From IMG/VR virus record IMGVR_UViG_3300020577_002562, positions 32,001-96,000 of that record: a stretch of 64,000 nucleotides of DNA, one strand, 5' to 3'. Positions 8,684-17,794 of this stretch are shown piece after piece; position 1 is the first letter of the stretch; each line of letters starts with the position of its first letter. This DNA comes from a virus (lineage: Duplodnaviria > Caudoviricetes). The position numbers were made by a program, and so were the translations under genes. Under the pieces are notes generated by a model. That model searched no databases. It was not told where the DNA came from and saw only the letters and a program-made list of their open reading frames with translations.

Positions 8684-10846
8684 ATGACCCAACCTGATGT
8701 CTATTTCAGACGAGCCGACGTGTATATTGATGATGGATTCACAGGCCCAGAGAACATCGCATCCCTAGGCGCCAATATCTTGCCCCCAGTGGTTGACTTT
8801 TCGGCTACTCCGCTGATAGGAGTAGCTCCACTGACTGTGGACTTCACGAACTTGTCACAGTACGGTGTGAGTGACGCCTGGGATTTCCAGAACAATGGAT
8901 CGACCGACAGTGTATTGCACAGCCCTACAGGTATTGTGTTTGGTTCCCCTGGTCTGTACTCCGTCAAGTTGACTGTAACGAACACTGCTGGTACAGTTTC
9001 GTTAACCAAGGTGAACTACATTGACGTAGGATCATTGCCCATAGTAGATTTCTCCGGTACTCCGTTGTCTGGTAACGCCCCGTTAGATGTGACGTTCACC
9101 AACTTGTCTTCAGGTGCAGTCTCCTACGCATGGGACTTTGAGAACAACGGATCGACGGATAGTACTGCAACAAACCCGACCCACACGTATCCAGATCCTG
9201 GTACGTATACTGTCAAGCTAACCGGAACTAACGCCTACGGTTCGGCCACTCAAACCAAGACTGCCTACGTGACAGTCAATGCAGTCGGCAATCGGAACGC
9301 ACTACTGACCTTTGAGAGCTTGTTCCCAACAGGAGATAAGAGCCTTGATGCTGCTGTACTGAACCATTACAATGGAGGTACAGACAGCAACGGTAACTCA
9401 GGTCGAAACTATGGCATTGTTTTCGACGCAAACTCGATTGTGAGCTATTCGTTGTACGAGGATGGAACAGCCGACGGCAACTTTGTCTCTAATCCTAGTA
9501 AGGGAGCAGCAGTCTCCAGCCTTGGTGGTACAATAACTATCACCATTGCGGGAGGTTTCTACGAGCAGGTCGTAGCCAGCTTAATCGTGTTGTCGGGCTC
9601 AACTGTAACCATGCGCGTGAAGAATCCAGCGGATGCAGTGATCGCCACGACAACGCTACCATTTACGTCTACTGGAACGGTGTACGATGACTCAAACACC
9701 CCACAAACCGTTGATGTGTGGGAGAAAATCACCTTGGCTTTTGCGGGTGAGGGGCGCAAACTGGAAATAGCTGGTACTGTGAACCAGGTGGCTATCGACA
9801 ATATTCTGTTCCGGCTGCCGTCCAGTCCGTTGAACCCGTCTATCATCGACCCTGACGTTGGCGGTACGTTGACTGCTAACGTATCGAACGGCGCTGTTAC
9901 GTGGTTTGCGATGGAGTGGGATGGTGAACGCGACTATGACTTTGCATTGACGGGAGGTGCAGCAGCCTCAGCCAAAGCTTATGTCTACAAGGGGGAACTA
10001 TCGACGCCGACATCATTCACGTCAGCGGCCCCTTATGCGCTAGATCACGCAGGTGGTATCGTTAAGTTCCCCAACTACGGCAGTAGTTCTCCAGACACCG
10101 TTTGGGTTGGTGTGACTGCTAGCTCTGGCGCTTCAGCGTCGGCCGGATTGACGGTAACTCCAGGGTCTGGGGCAGTTAACCCAGTTAACTTGCAAGTGAC
10201 AGAAAGGGACCGTAGCTTTGCTAGTGTACTCTGGTTGCTGGATGGTCAGGGTGCCGACAACTCGACCACGTTTACGGATCTGTCTACCAATGCCCGTACA
10301 GTGACGCCTACAGGTAACACAAAGATCAGCACGGCACAGTTCAAGTTTGGATCCAGTTCCATCTACTTCGACGGCGTAGGTGACAATCTGACGCTGGCGG
10401 ATACGCCAGACATGAACATAACGGGGTCATTTAACTTCAGAGGTTGGTTCTACATTGAGGCGAACACCAGTCTGAACATGACGTTCTTAGCCTTTGGTGG
10501 AGCTACGCATTGGCAACTGTATCGACGAACTGCCTCTAGTAACAAGCTGGTTCTGTGGAATGGATCATCCAACATCATCATTGGTAGTACCACGCAGATA
10601 GGAACCACGGCCTGGTATCATATTGAGTGGTCATTCGATGGCACGACGCATCGCATTTTTGTCAACGGCAATCTTGAAGGTAGCGCAGTAAGTGCATTGA
10701 GTGTCAACCCAACTTCTATGATCGTCGGAACGTACTTTGATGGAACGGAAGCTTTCCAAGGGTGGGCACAAGACATCGAAGCTACCACAGTAGCACGACA
10801 CACCGCAGCCTTCACAATCCCACGCTATAAGCTTCCTGCAGCTTGA
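8684..10846 (+). CDS. virion decoration/fibre protein: 2x PKD domains, central beta domain, C-terminal LamG/ConA-like domain
   Basis: PKD motifs (APLTVDFTNLS..WDF..G..YSVKLTVTN) twice; AQFKFGSSSIYFDG...WYHI...IFVNG...FQGW LamG-like C-terminus. Confidence 0.8.
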   Translation: MTQPDVYFRRADVYIDDGFTGPENIASLGANILPPVVDFSATPLIGVAPLTVDFTNLSQYGVSDAWDFQNNGSTDSVLHSPTGIVFGSPGLYSVKLTVTNTAGTVSLTKVNYIDVGSLPIVDFSGTPLSGNAPLDVTFTNLSSGAVSYAWDFENNGSTDSTATNPTHTYPDPGTYTVKLTGTNAYGSATQTKTAYVTVNAVGNRNALLTFESLFPTGDKSLDAAVLNHYNGGTDSNGNSGRNYGIVFDANSIVSYSLYEDGTADGNFVSNPSKGAAVSSLGGTITITIAGGFYEQVVASLIVLSGSTVTMRVKNPADAVIATTTLPFTSTGTVYDDSNTPQTVDVWEKITLAFAGEGRKLEIAGTVNQVAIDNILFRLPSSPLNPSIIDPDVGGTLTANVSNGAVTWFAMEWDGERDYDFALTGGAAASAKAYVYKGELSTPTSFTSAAPYALDHAGGIVKFPNYGSSSPDTVWVGVTASSGASASAGLTVTPGSGAVNPVNLQVTERDRSFASVLWLLDGQGADNSTTFTDLSTNARTVTPTGNTKISTAQFKFGSSSIYFDGVGDNLTLADTPDMNITGSFNFRGWFYIEANTSLNMTFLAFGGATHWQLYRRTASSNKLVLWNGSSNIIIGSTTQIGTTAWYHIEWSFDGTTHRIFVNGNLEGSAVSALSVNPTSMIVGTYFDGTEAFQGWAQDIEATTVARHTAAFTIPRYKLPAA

Positions 10847-10872
10847 TCATTCGCAAACCTGAGAGGTAACAA

Positions 10873-11268
10873 ATGGGCATAGCACTGCTGTTCATTAAGA
10901 ACTACTGGAAGCAAATTCTAGGGCTTGTGCTCGTACTGGCACTGTTGGCATTCACCTGGTGGGCAGTTGCGAGTACATTGGCTGCCGCAGAAGATCGTGG
11001 CTATCAAAGAGGTAAGGCTGAGTTAGCCGCCGAGTATGCAAAAAGAAAGCAGGCCGAAGTTGAGAAGCTGACTGAGATGGTCAATACCATCGTCGCAGAA
11101 TCCCAAGCCGGCGCAGCGCGAGTAGAAGCTGCCAGCAAACGAGCTACGGCCGCCAACTCAAAGATCCTGGAAGCGGTTACTACAGCGAACAAACCACTCA
11201 CTCAACCTGACTGCACATTCACCGACGATTTCATGCAGTCTTGGGATCAATTGAGGAGAGCAAAGTGA
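10873..11268 (+). CDS. putative inner-membrane spanin (Rz-like)
   Basis: N-terminal TM helix, coiled coil, single C-terminal Cys; followed by an overlapping lipoprotein gene. Confidence 0.7.
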   Translation: MGIALLFIKNYWKQILGLVLVLALLAFTWWAVASTLAAAEDRGYQRGKAELAAEYAKRKQAEVEKLTEMVNTIVAESQAGAARVEAASKRATAANSKILEAVTTANKPLTQPDCTFTDDFMQSWDQLRRAK

Positions 11269-11579
11269 ACACGCACCCAAGAATTGACTTGTTGGCTGCC
11301 ATTAGCCTGGCAATACTTTGCACGGGCTGTGCTACAACCGATCCAATTGTGCTGCCGAAGGAGACTGTGATTACGCAGCAACTCAATATCGATCCGAAGC
11401 TCCTAGAAGAGTGTGAGCCAGACTTAGCGCCGCTTGAAGGCCGAACATCACTGGCTGTACTTGGAGCCTTAGACAAGTCTCAGGTGATCCACCAACGGTG
11501 CTACAACAAACACAAGGAGCTCTCTGACTTGATCAAGAAATTCCTACGTTCGGACAACATGAAACTGCAAAGTCAGTAA
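11265..11579 (+). CDS. putative outer-membrane spanin lipoprotein (Rz1-like)
   Basis: GAGGAG RBS plus GTG; signal peptide with lipobox LCTG-C; P.LL..C and C..KH..L pattern. Confidence 0.7.
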   Translation: MNTHPRIDLLAAISLAILCTGCATTDPIVLPKETVITQQLNIDPKLLEECEPDLAPLEGRTSLAVLGALDKSQVIHQRCYNKHKELSDLIKKFLRSDNMKLQSQ

Positions 11580-11636
11580 TTTGAGATCGACCACGAATGT
11601 GGATCTACGCATACACCGCAGACAAAGGAGTACCCA

Positions 11637-12035
11637 ATGAACGCGGAGAGCGCAGCAATAGCAGTGCATTCTACAGGGGTTCAAGCCATCGGCTTGGCCC
11701 TATTTGGCATTCTCGGCATACCATTGAATGCCATTGTGTGGGGACTGATTGGTGCTTACGGTGGCTCCGTAGTCACTCGACCTATTCGTGACACGGAAGG
11801 TGCGATCTTGTACATGTGCGCCTCTTTGTTGTCTGGTTTGGCAGGCTACACGATTTCTCGTATGTGGTTCAATGGGGAAGCAGTGTTGACCAATCTGTTT
11901 TCCGGCGTGCTGGGATTCTTGTTCAACGCAATTTCTGCCTCGGTGATTGCTGTCGTGCCTACTATGGTGCAGACGGTAGCTAGCGTGGTAACGTCGCGAT
12001 TCAAGACCGAGTCGAAGAACAAGGAGGGGCAATGA
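11637..12035 (+). CDS. holin-like membrane protein
   Basis: 3-4 hydrophobic helices, basic C-terminus, lysis cassette context. Confidence 0.55.
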   Translation: MNAESAAIAVHSTGVQAIGLALFGILGIPLNAIVWGLIGAYGGSVVTRPIRDTEGAILYMCASLLSGLAGYTISRMWFNGEAVLTNLFSGVLGFLFNAISASVIAVVPTMVQTVASVVTSRFKTESKNKEGQ

Positions 12036-12445
12036 TCTCTACACTTCAACTCCTGCAACCTCTGGTGAGCTTGACAACAGTCATCGTATGCCTCTACTTG
12101 ACGGCTATGTATGGCAAGCGTTTGTTCAAGGTCAGCGTACAGCGACAACCATCTGGCTTTGTCATCATGCAGTTTCTTGGTGCTGCGTATCCAGCCCTGC
12201 TGATTCTGGAACTTCAAGCTCACCCGGTTAGATTCATAGACGGTCTTGTGCTTGCGTGGTCCGCATTGTATCTATGGCGCAGCAGAGAGCGGATGGCTCT
12301 GTATGTGAAGGATGCTGAAGCAGGTGTTCCGAAACGAGAGATGGAAGACGTGTCTGAAACTCGAATGATCCTCAAGCCAAAGAGTGAGCCTGCCAAAGTT
12401 GATCAATCTAGCACCGATCAGGAGAAACCAAATGCTGGTACGTGA
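12032..12445 (+). CDS. membrane protein (holin/antiholin-like)
   Basis: About 3 TM segments and a charged tail; ATGA-coupled to the previous gene. Confidence 0.5.
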   Translation: MISTLQLLQPLVSLTTVIVCLYLTAMYGKRLFKVSVQRQPSGFVIMQFLGAAYPALLILELQAHPVRFIDGLVLAWSALYLWRSRERMALYVKDAEAGVPKREMEDVSETRMILKPKSEPAKVDQSSTDQEKPNAGT

Positions 12446-12995
12446 TAACTTTCTGGATGACGCCCAAACCATCGGCTGCGATGTAGCTGCAATCCAGGCC
12501 GTAGCCGCTGTTGAGTCTCGTGGTGGTGGTTTTGATCCAGAGGGCTTTCCGAAGACCCTATTCGAGGGTCATTGGTTCTACCGGCTGACCAAGGGCAAGT
12601 TCGCAGCCACTGCGCCAACGCTTTGCTATCCAACGTGGACACGGCAGTTCTATGGCAAGTCCTGGCAAGAAGAGAAAGCTAGACTGCAAGCTGCCTGTGA
12701 GTTGGATCGTACAGCCGCATTGCAGTCAGCAAGCTGGGGCATGTTTCAAGTGATGGGATTCAATCACGTTGTCTGCGGTTTCAAGACAGTGCAACAGTTT
12801 GTCAATGCCATGTGCAAGGACGAGAACGAGCAACTGGCAGCCTTCACCAGCTACGTTGTCAACTCTGGGTTGTCTAGCCATCTGATCAAGCATGATTGGG
12901 ACGCTTTCGCGTACCACTACAATGGCCCTGAGTACAAGAAGAACAACTATGCAGAGAAGCTCGCAGCGGCCTATGCCAAATTCAGTTCGACATAA
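12432..12995 (+). CDS. endolysin, N-acetylmuramidase (DUF3380-type)
   Basis: AVAAVES.G.GF, LFEGHWF, SASWGMFQVMGFN, FAYHYNGPEYKKNNY; GGAG RBS before ATG 12432. Confidence 0.92.
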   Translation: MLVRDNFLDDAQTIGCDVAAIQAVAAVESRGGGFDPEGFPKTLFEGHWFYRLTKGKFAATAPTLCYPTWTRQFYGKSWQEEKARLQAACELDRTAALQSASWGMFQVMGFNHVVCGFKTVQQFVNAMCKDENEQLAAFTSYVVNSGLSSHLIKHDWDAFAYHYNGPEYKKNNYAEKLAAAYAKFSST

Positions 12996-13030
12996 CCTCA
13001 TGGTAACTGGGATGAAGAAGCAGAAACAAC

Positions 13031-13381
13031 ATGAAGGAATCTATCTCAGAGTCGATTCGCTTTCTGTGGGAGTATCCGTACATAGCGGGCTTCTACGGTG
13101 TGTGGACGGCGTTTGCTCGTTGGCTGATTGGTGACCGCAAGGGCGGAATGTGGGCGCTCCTCAGCTATGTCGTGTCTAGTGTACTGGTAGCTGTAGCCAT
13201 GTCTCTGTATCTTGATGATGAGCACATCTCAAGTGGAAAGCGGCTGGCCTACATCATCTTCGCTTCGTTCATTGCTCGTGATATTCTAGGAGCAATCATG
13301 ATCGTAGCTCGTGATCTAGCCACCGATCCTCTAACCACACTCACTAAGCTTCGCAAAGTGTTTAAGGGTAATGCCAAATGA
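13031..13381 (+). CDS. holin-like membrane protein
   Basis: About 3 TM segments, basic C-terminal tail, directly after the endolysin. Confidence 0.55.
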   Translation: MKESISESIRFLWEYPYIAGFYGVWTAFARWLIGDRKGGMWALLSYVVSSVLVAVAMSLYLDDEHISSGKRLAYIIFASFIARDILGAIMIVARDLATDPLTTLTKLRKVFKGNAK

Positions 13382-13722
13382 ACTGGTCTGAATCGATGGT
13401 GCTGGCCGTGGCCGCCATTCTGCTGATGGTGGATGGAATTGTTCAACTCTTGTACGGAGCCTTGCTTAGTAAGTTGCAAGATCGACGCTCTAGACAACAC
13501 CCTAGTCTACGCTTTGTTCTTGGTGTAGGAATGTTCTTGACTGGACTACGATGTATGTACCAGATAGTGTCCGGTACAGAGGTTGCCAAGCTGATTCCTG
13601 GCGATGTACTAATTCCATTGGCACTGATTGGTTTGGGTTCTTTGGGTGTATCATACAGCTCTCTGAGGGAGCTGACCAACTATGTGGCTTCTAACATGAA
13701 GGAAAGCAACCATGGGTGCTAA
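13378..13722 (+). CDS. membrane protein
   Basis: About 3 TM segments; ATGA-coupled. Confidence 0.5.
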   Translation: MNWSESMVLAVAAILLMVDGIVQLLYGALLSKLQDRRSRQHPSLRFVLGVGMFLTGLRCMYQIVSGTEVAKLIPGDVLIPLALIGLGSLGVSYSSLRELTNYVASNMKESNHGC

Positions 13723-14245
13723 CAATCCAAACACGATGCTGCCTAGCACTGGCGCAAACTACGAAGCCTACAATCAAGCAATCAATGCGCAGCCATTCAA
13801 CACAAGTGTGTTGGCAGAGTCCATTCCAGCGTCTGGGCTGCCAACACAAACCGCCATGCTGGGGCTACGTCGTGCCGCCGATGTGAACGGTAACGTCAAC
13901 ATCAACAACCCGCTGGAGAATGACGCGCTGGAAAGCGGTCAGCAGGTTATTGTGACTGGTGTGTCTGCGGCACCTGCCAATACTACAGCATGGAAGAGTG
14001 GTGGTCTTGGTTTCTCTGTTCAAGGTAAGTTGACTGCAGGTTCTGCCACCGTCAATATCCAAGGCTCTGATGATCCGCTGGCATTGACGAACCCGAGTAC
14101 AGCGATGTGGACGACTGAAGCCACCTTGTCGCTTACAGGCGCTAATGATGTGAAGGGTGCCATTCTGTCTGGTTCTTACGCAGCGTATCGCTTGAACTTC
14201 AGTGCCATCACAACAGGTCCAGTTGACGTATACCGTGGTGTATAA
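13712..14245 (+). CDS. putative small virion structural protein (beta-rich)
   Basis: G/T/N/A-rich; V.IQGS.D...W and YAAYRL jelly-roll-like pattern. Confidence 0.5.
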   Translation: MGANNPNTMLPSTGANYEAYNQAINAQPFNTSVLAESIPASGLPTQTAMLGLRRAADVNGNVNINNPLENDALESGQQVIVTGVSAAPANTTAWKSGGLGFSVQGKLTAGSATVNIQGSDDPLALTNPSTAMWTTEATLSLTGANDVKGAILSGSYAAYRLNFSAITTGPVDVYRGV

Positions 14246-14257
14246 TCTGGTGCTCAA

Positions 14258-15970
14258 ATGAAACGACTCAAGCCCTTCGGACCGGTTGACGGATTCATTC
14301 ACGTTGGCCTGGTATCCATGTTGTTTTACATGGCAGTGTTTGCCAAACAGAAGCCCTTTCTCAGCGCTGAACTGCTGAAGTCATTGAAGCAATGGGTGCC
14401 ATTGGGTCGTGAGTTCGTCAAGAAGTACGGCATTAGCATCAAAGCATACCAGGCGTACACTCAGTTGCTGATGGTGGCTACTGAAGAAGAAACCATCGAT
14501 GACCACTTGTATGAGCTACTAGATTCCTATAGGGCCGCAATGCCCAAGATTCAGCGTGATGTGTCCATCTCTCACGAACAGCTAGGCATGATCAAGGACA
14601 TCATGCTGTGGATGAAGAACGAGAGTTGCAATGCACTGGCGCGAGTGGAGCGTGGACTGTCTACAGTCACAAGTGAATCAGCGTTGATAGCGGGCTTCCA
14701 GAAGGACTTGGAATCCCAAGATCCGTTCTTGGAAGAGTTGATCCCATTGGTGAAGAAGCTTGGGGGTTCTGGTGTTCCAATCAAGTGGGAACTCACCATT
14801 GAGGAGTCCAGGGCAGTAAACAAAACTAAGCCAGCCCTGTACAAGAAGTATCTTGAACTCAAGCGTACTGTAGAGGGCATAGCGAAGCGCGGACTGATGG
14901 ATTACGTTCGCGCCTCTGGCAAGGAGTCGGTTCCGATTAAAGACGCAGTCAAGTATCTCGAAGCTCAAGGGATACAGCACAAGCTTCCAATGGAGTTCAA
15001 AGGCAACGTCGGTGAAGATGGTGCTCTGTATACTGGTGGTGCCAAACAGCTCAGGCTGTCGTCTGCACCTCGATACAAGATCGTGATGAATCCAAAATAT
15101 GATCCAATCAAAGACGATCAGTTCGTAGCCACGGAGATTCGTCCGACGCTAAACGCCAAGGGTAAACCTAACGTTGCACACCTCTACACTGTGCAGTACA
15201 CGCGTCGCTCCATGCGCGAGAAGTACAAGATGGTGAGTGTGCTCATTAAGAATCAGAACAAGTACCGTCGTAAGTGGATTGAGGACATGAAGTCAGATGA
15301 TCCAGATCGTTGGGTGTTCGGTCTGATGGTTGAGTTGTCTTACAGCACATGCGCTCGTATCTCGGAGCCAGGAGCGGAGAATACGAAGGGCCGCACTTTT
15401 GGATTGAGTTCCTGGCTGGTTGGCAACATCAAACGAATGGGGCCTTCTAGAATCATTGAATACACTGGTAAGGACTCTGTACACCACAAGCACAAGATCG
15501 ACCCGAGCACAGCCATTTCTCGCCTAGTAATCAAGCGTTTGGATTCGTTGACCAAAGACCGCCCGCGTAAAGAACTAGTGTTTGAGGTGGATGGCAAGTA
15601 TTACTCACCACAGAAGATTCGTACCTATTTCAAGACGTTGACCGGCATTTCTGATGTGTCGATTCACAAGATCCGAACCATGCGAGGCACTGAGTTGGCG
15701 GAGAAGGAATTGGAAAAGCGGATTGGCATCCTTGATTCTAAACGCTCTCTCACGCAGACAGTTGTTGACAAGTCATTCCAAGAAGCATTGACCGCAGTTG
15801 GCAAGCTCCTGGGTCACGTGAAGGGGGTCGGTGCAGAACAGAAAGCGACGTGGACCACCGCTAGTAAGAGCTACGTGGACGCGGACTTGCAACGTTCCTT
15901 CTATGAGCACTTTGCAGATCGTGGCATACGTCTGAATAAGACGGTCGCCCGCAACGTTGGAACTAAGTGA
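14258..15970 (+). CDS. type IB DNA topoisomerase
   Basis: Catalytic pentad in correct order: R (CARIS), K (YTGKDSVHH), R (KIRT), H (LLGH), Y (SKSYVD); GLSSW corresponds to the GLTTL motif. Confidence 0.85.
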   Translation: MKRLKPFGPVDGFIHVGLVSMLFYMAVFAKQKPFLSAELLKSLKQWVPLGREFVKKYGISIKAYQAYTQLLMVATEEETIDDHLYELLDSYRAAMPKIQRDVSISHEQLGMIKDIMLWMKNESCNALARVERGLSTVTSESALIAGFQKDLESQDPFLEELIPLVKKLGGSGVPIKWELTIEESRAVNKTKPALYKKYLELKRTVEGIAKRGLMDYVRASGKESVPIKDAVKYLEAQGIQHKLPMEFKGNVGEDGALYTGGAKQLRLSSAPRYKIVMNPKYDPIKDDQFVATEIRPTLNAKGKPNVAHLYTVQYTRRSMREKYKMVSVLIKNQNKYRRKWIEDMKSDDPDRWVFGLMVELSYSTCARISEPGAENTKGRTFGLSSWLVGNIKRMGPSRIIEYTGKDSVHHKHKIDPSTAISRLVIKRLDSLTKDRPRKELVFEVDGKYYSPQKIRTYFKTLTGISDVSIHKIRTMRGTELAEKELEKRIGILDSKRSLTQTVVDKSFQEALTAVGKLLGHVKGVGAEQKATWTTASKSYVDADLQRSFYEHFADRGIRLNKTVARNVGTK

Positions 15971-15979
15971 AAGCCCATC

Positions 15980-16327
15980 ATGAAATTTGATCCTCTGCGT
16001 TTTGGTACCTCTCTTGTTCGCAAGATCGGTGTGCGTAGTCTTCGAGAGAAGTCTCTGAAGTTCGGTGTTGGGTTCATTCATATGGAGCGTGGTGAACTAG
16101 CCAATGCGTTTCCAACAGTTCAAGTCTTGAATGGTAAGCTCAAGAGGCTCAATTCAAACCGACTCGACATCGAGACCCCACCACAAACGTTCGATCTTGC
16201 CCGCAATCATGGTGGATTCATTACCACGTATAGAGCTACCATCAATGATGCAGGCGGTGAAACTGCCGTGGATCTTGAAATCCAGATCGATACTGTAGCA
16301 GCTACCCTCCTTGTTTACGAAGTGTGA
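15980..16327 (+). CDS. hypothetical protein
   Basis: ORF in operon. Confidence 0.6.
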   Translation: MKFDPLRFGTSLVRKIGVRSLREKSLKFGVGFIHMERGELANAFPTVQVLNGKLKRLNSNRLDIETPPQTFDLARNHGGFITTYRATINDAGGETAVDLEIQIDTVAATLLVYEV

Positions 16328-16335
16328 TCGCAGCC

Positions 16336-16764
16336 ATGCGCAAGCTCAAGCAAAGCAACGAGTACATCGACCGGCTGATCCTGGAGTTCATGCGTCGCTT
16401 TCCGTCACTGACTACCCGTAGCGGAGCTTATGACAAGTGCAAGCTGGTTAGCCTGGAACTGGCAGCATTCTTGCGCAAGCGTGGCCTCAAGGCTTCGATG
16501 ATCCATCTGCAAACGCCGACAGACGCTTACCCGAACGCTTGCAGCCAATGGCTAGAAAAGCCGGCTGAGGAATGGTCGCACTACGTAGTGAAGGTCGGTA
16601 CTCGATTGATTGATGCCACGGCTCGCCAGTTCGACCCCAAGGCCGATGTTCCGCAAGTGTTACCGATGAGTGTGATGCGTACTAAGTGGAAGGTCATCGA
16701 AGAGGACTCTTTCTTGGATCGTTGGGTCACAGAAGTGATGCCGGTCAAAGAGTTCAACGTATGA
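16336..16764 (+). CDS. papain/transglutaminase-fold protein (Cys-His-Asp)
   Basis: DKC..VS helix Cys, SHYVV, IDATARQF. Confidence 0.6.
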   Translation: MRKLKQSNEYIDRLILEFMRRFPSLTTRSGAYDKCKLVSLELAAFLRKRGLKASMIHLQTPTDAYPNACSQWLEKPAEEWSHYVVKVGTRLIDATARQFDPKADVPQVLPMSVMRTKWKVIEEDSFLDRWVTEVMPVKEFNV

Positions 16765-17327
16765 AGCGCTTGCAAGTAGCTGCTATCGGCGCCGTCAAGA
16801 AGGGTGCGTTTCATAAGTGGCTGGGCAAGTCTGAGGATTCGCCAATCACTGATGCAGACATCAAGAAGGGCCTAGCATCTGATGATGCGCATGTGCGTAA
16901 GATGGCGAACTTCGCCCGCAATGCTAAGAAGTGGGCGCACTCATCGAGCATCGGGCATCTGGATTCAGAGACTGCTGCCTGGCCCAAAGACTTCTTCAGC
17001 TTGTGTGCCAAAGAGATGCCAAAGGAGTTTAAGGAAGCAGTGAGTATCACCATCCGTGGCTACTACAAAGACATCATGGATTTCACCTGCTACATGAGAA
17101 CATCGCAATCGAACCCTTTGATTCGCTTCTATGATTTCGAGCAGGACACGAGCACCAAGCCAGCGACCAAAGAAGGCGTAGACGACTTTGTGGCGGACAT
17201 CCGCAAGATCGCTAAGAAGAATGGGATGGTTGAAATACGCGACATCAAGAACATGATGGGCCACACGTATGCGTTGACTCGCCTTCCGCGTGGTAACGGT
17301 CTGCGGGTGATTGCGCTTCTTCGCTGA
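16761..17327 (+). CDS. hypothetical two-domain protein with MKRLQVAA leader
   Basis: ATG 16761 overlaps the previous stop (ATGA); basic KKGAFH...RKMANFARNAKKW module, then SETAA and a second domain. Confidence 0.65.
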   Translation: MKRLQVAAIGAVKKGAFHKWLGKSEDSPITDADIKKGLASDDAHVRKMANFARNAKKWAHSSSIGHLDSETAAWPKDFFSLCAKEMPKEFKEAVSITIRGYYKDIMDFTCYMRTSQSNPLIRFYDFEQDTSTKPATKEGVDDFVADIRKIAKKNGMVEIRDIKNMMGHTYALTRLPRGNGLRVIALLR

Positions 17328-17356
17328 CCAATCGATACAGACTGTCGGTAAAGTAA

Positions 17357-17794
17357 ATGAAGCAGCTTGTCCAACGTGACCAACGCGCCCGGTCACTTGA
17401 ACGGTACGGAACGACCCACTACTTTGTGCCGTTTCCGATGGAGAACATCGACGATAACTTGAGCCTGCTGTACTTGATGATGAAGCACCGACTGCCAAAG
17501 GCTTCTGTCGTCAAGATTGCGGTGGATAGTCTAGTGGCGATACAGAACTCTGTTAGCTGTGCCGGAGTTCGTAGATACAAGCGAGGTGATCGCAACCCCA
17601 TCCTAGTAGCAAGAATCAATGGGGTCAACTACATCATTGATGGAACACACCGAGCAACTGCTGCGTGGGCTATGCGAGAACCGTTCGTGTATGCTCACTA
17701 CCTTGAGTTCAGAGGGTTGGACTTGAGGCACCATTACGGTGGAATGACAACATCAGAGTGGAACGCTCTGTATGATGAGGCCTTAGTGAAATGA
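17357..17794 (+). CDS. ParB/Sulfiredoxin N-terminal-like domain protein
   Basis: L.AIQ..V, PILV....YIIDGTHRATAA. Confidence 0.75.
   Translation: MKQLVQRDQRARSLERYGTTHYFVPFPMENIDDNLSLLYLMMKHRLPKASVVKIAVDSLVAIQNSVSCAGVRRYKRGDRNPILVARINGVNYIIDGTHRATAAWAMREPFVYAHYLEFRGLDLRHHYGGMTTSEWNALYDEALVK

Noticed and set aside
14258-15970. Protelomerase or integrase acting on the long palindromes
   Set aside because: Motif contexts (GKD, KIRT, LGH...SY) match TopIB better, and the palindromes differ in sequence and sit where terminators are expected. Kept only as a test in the findings.
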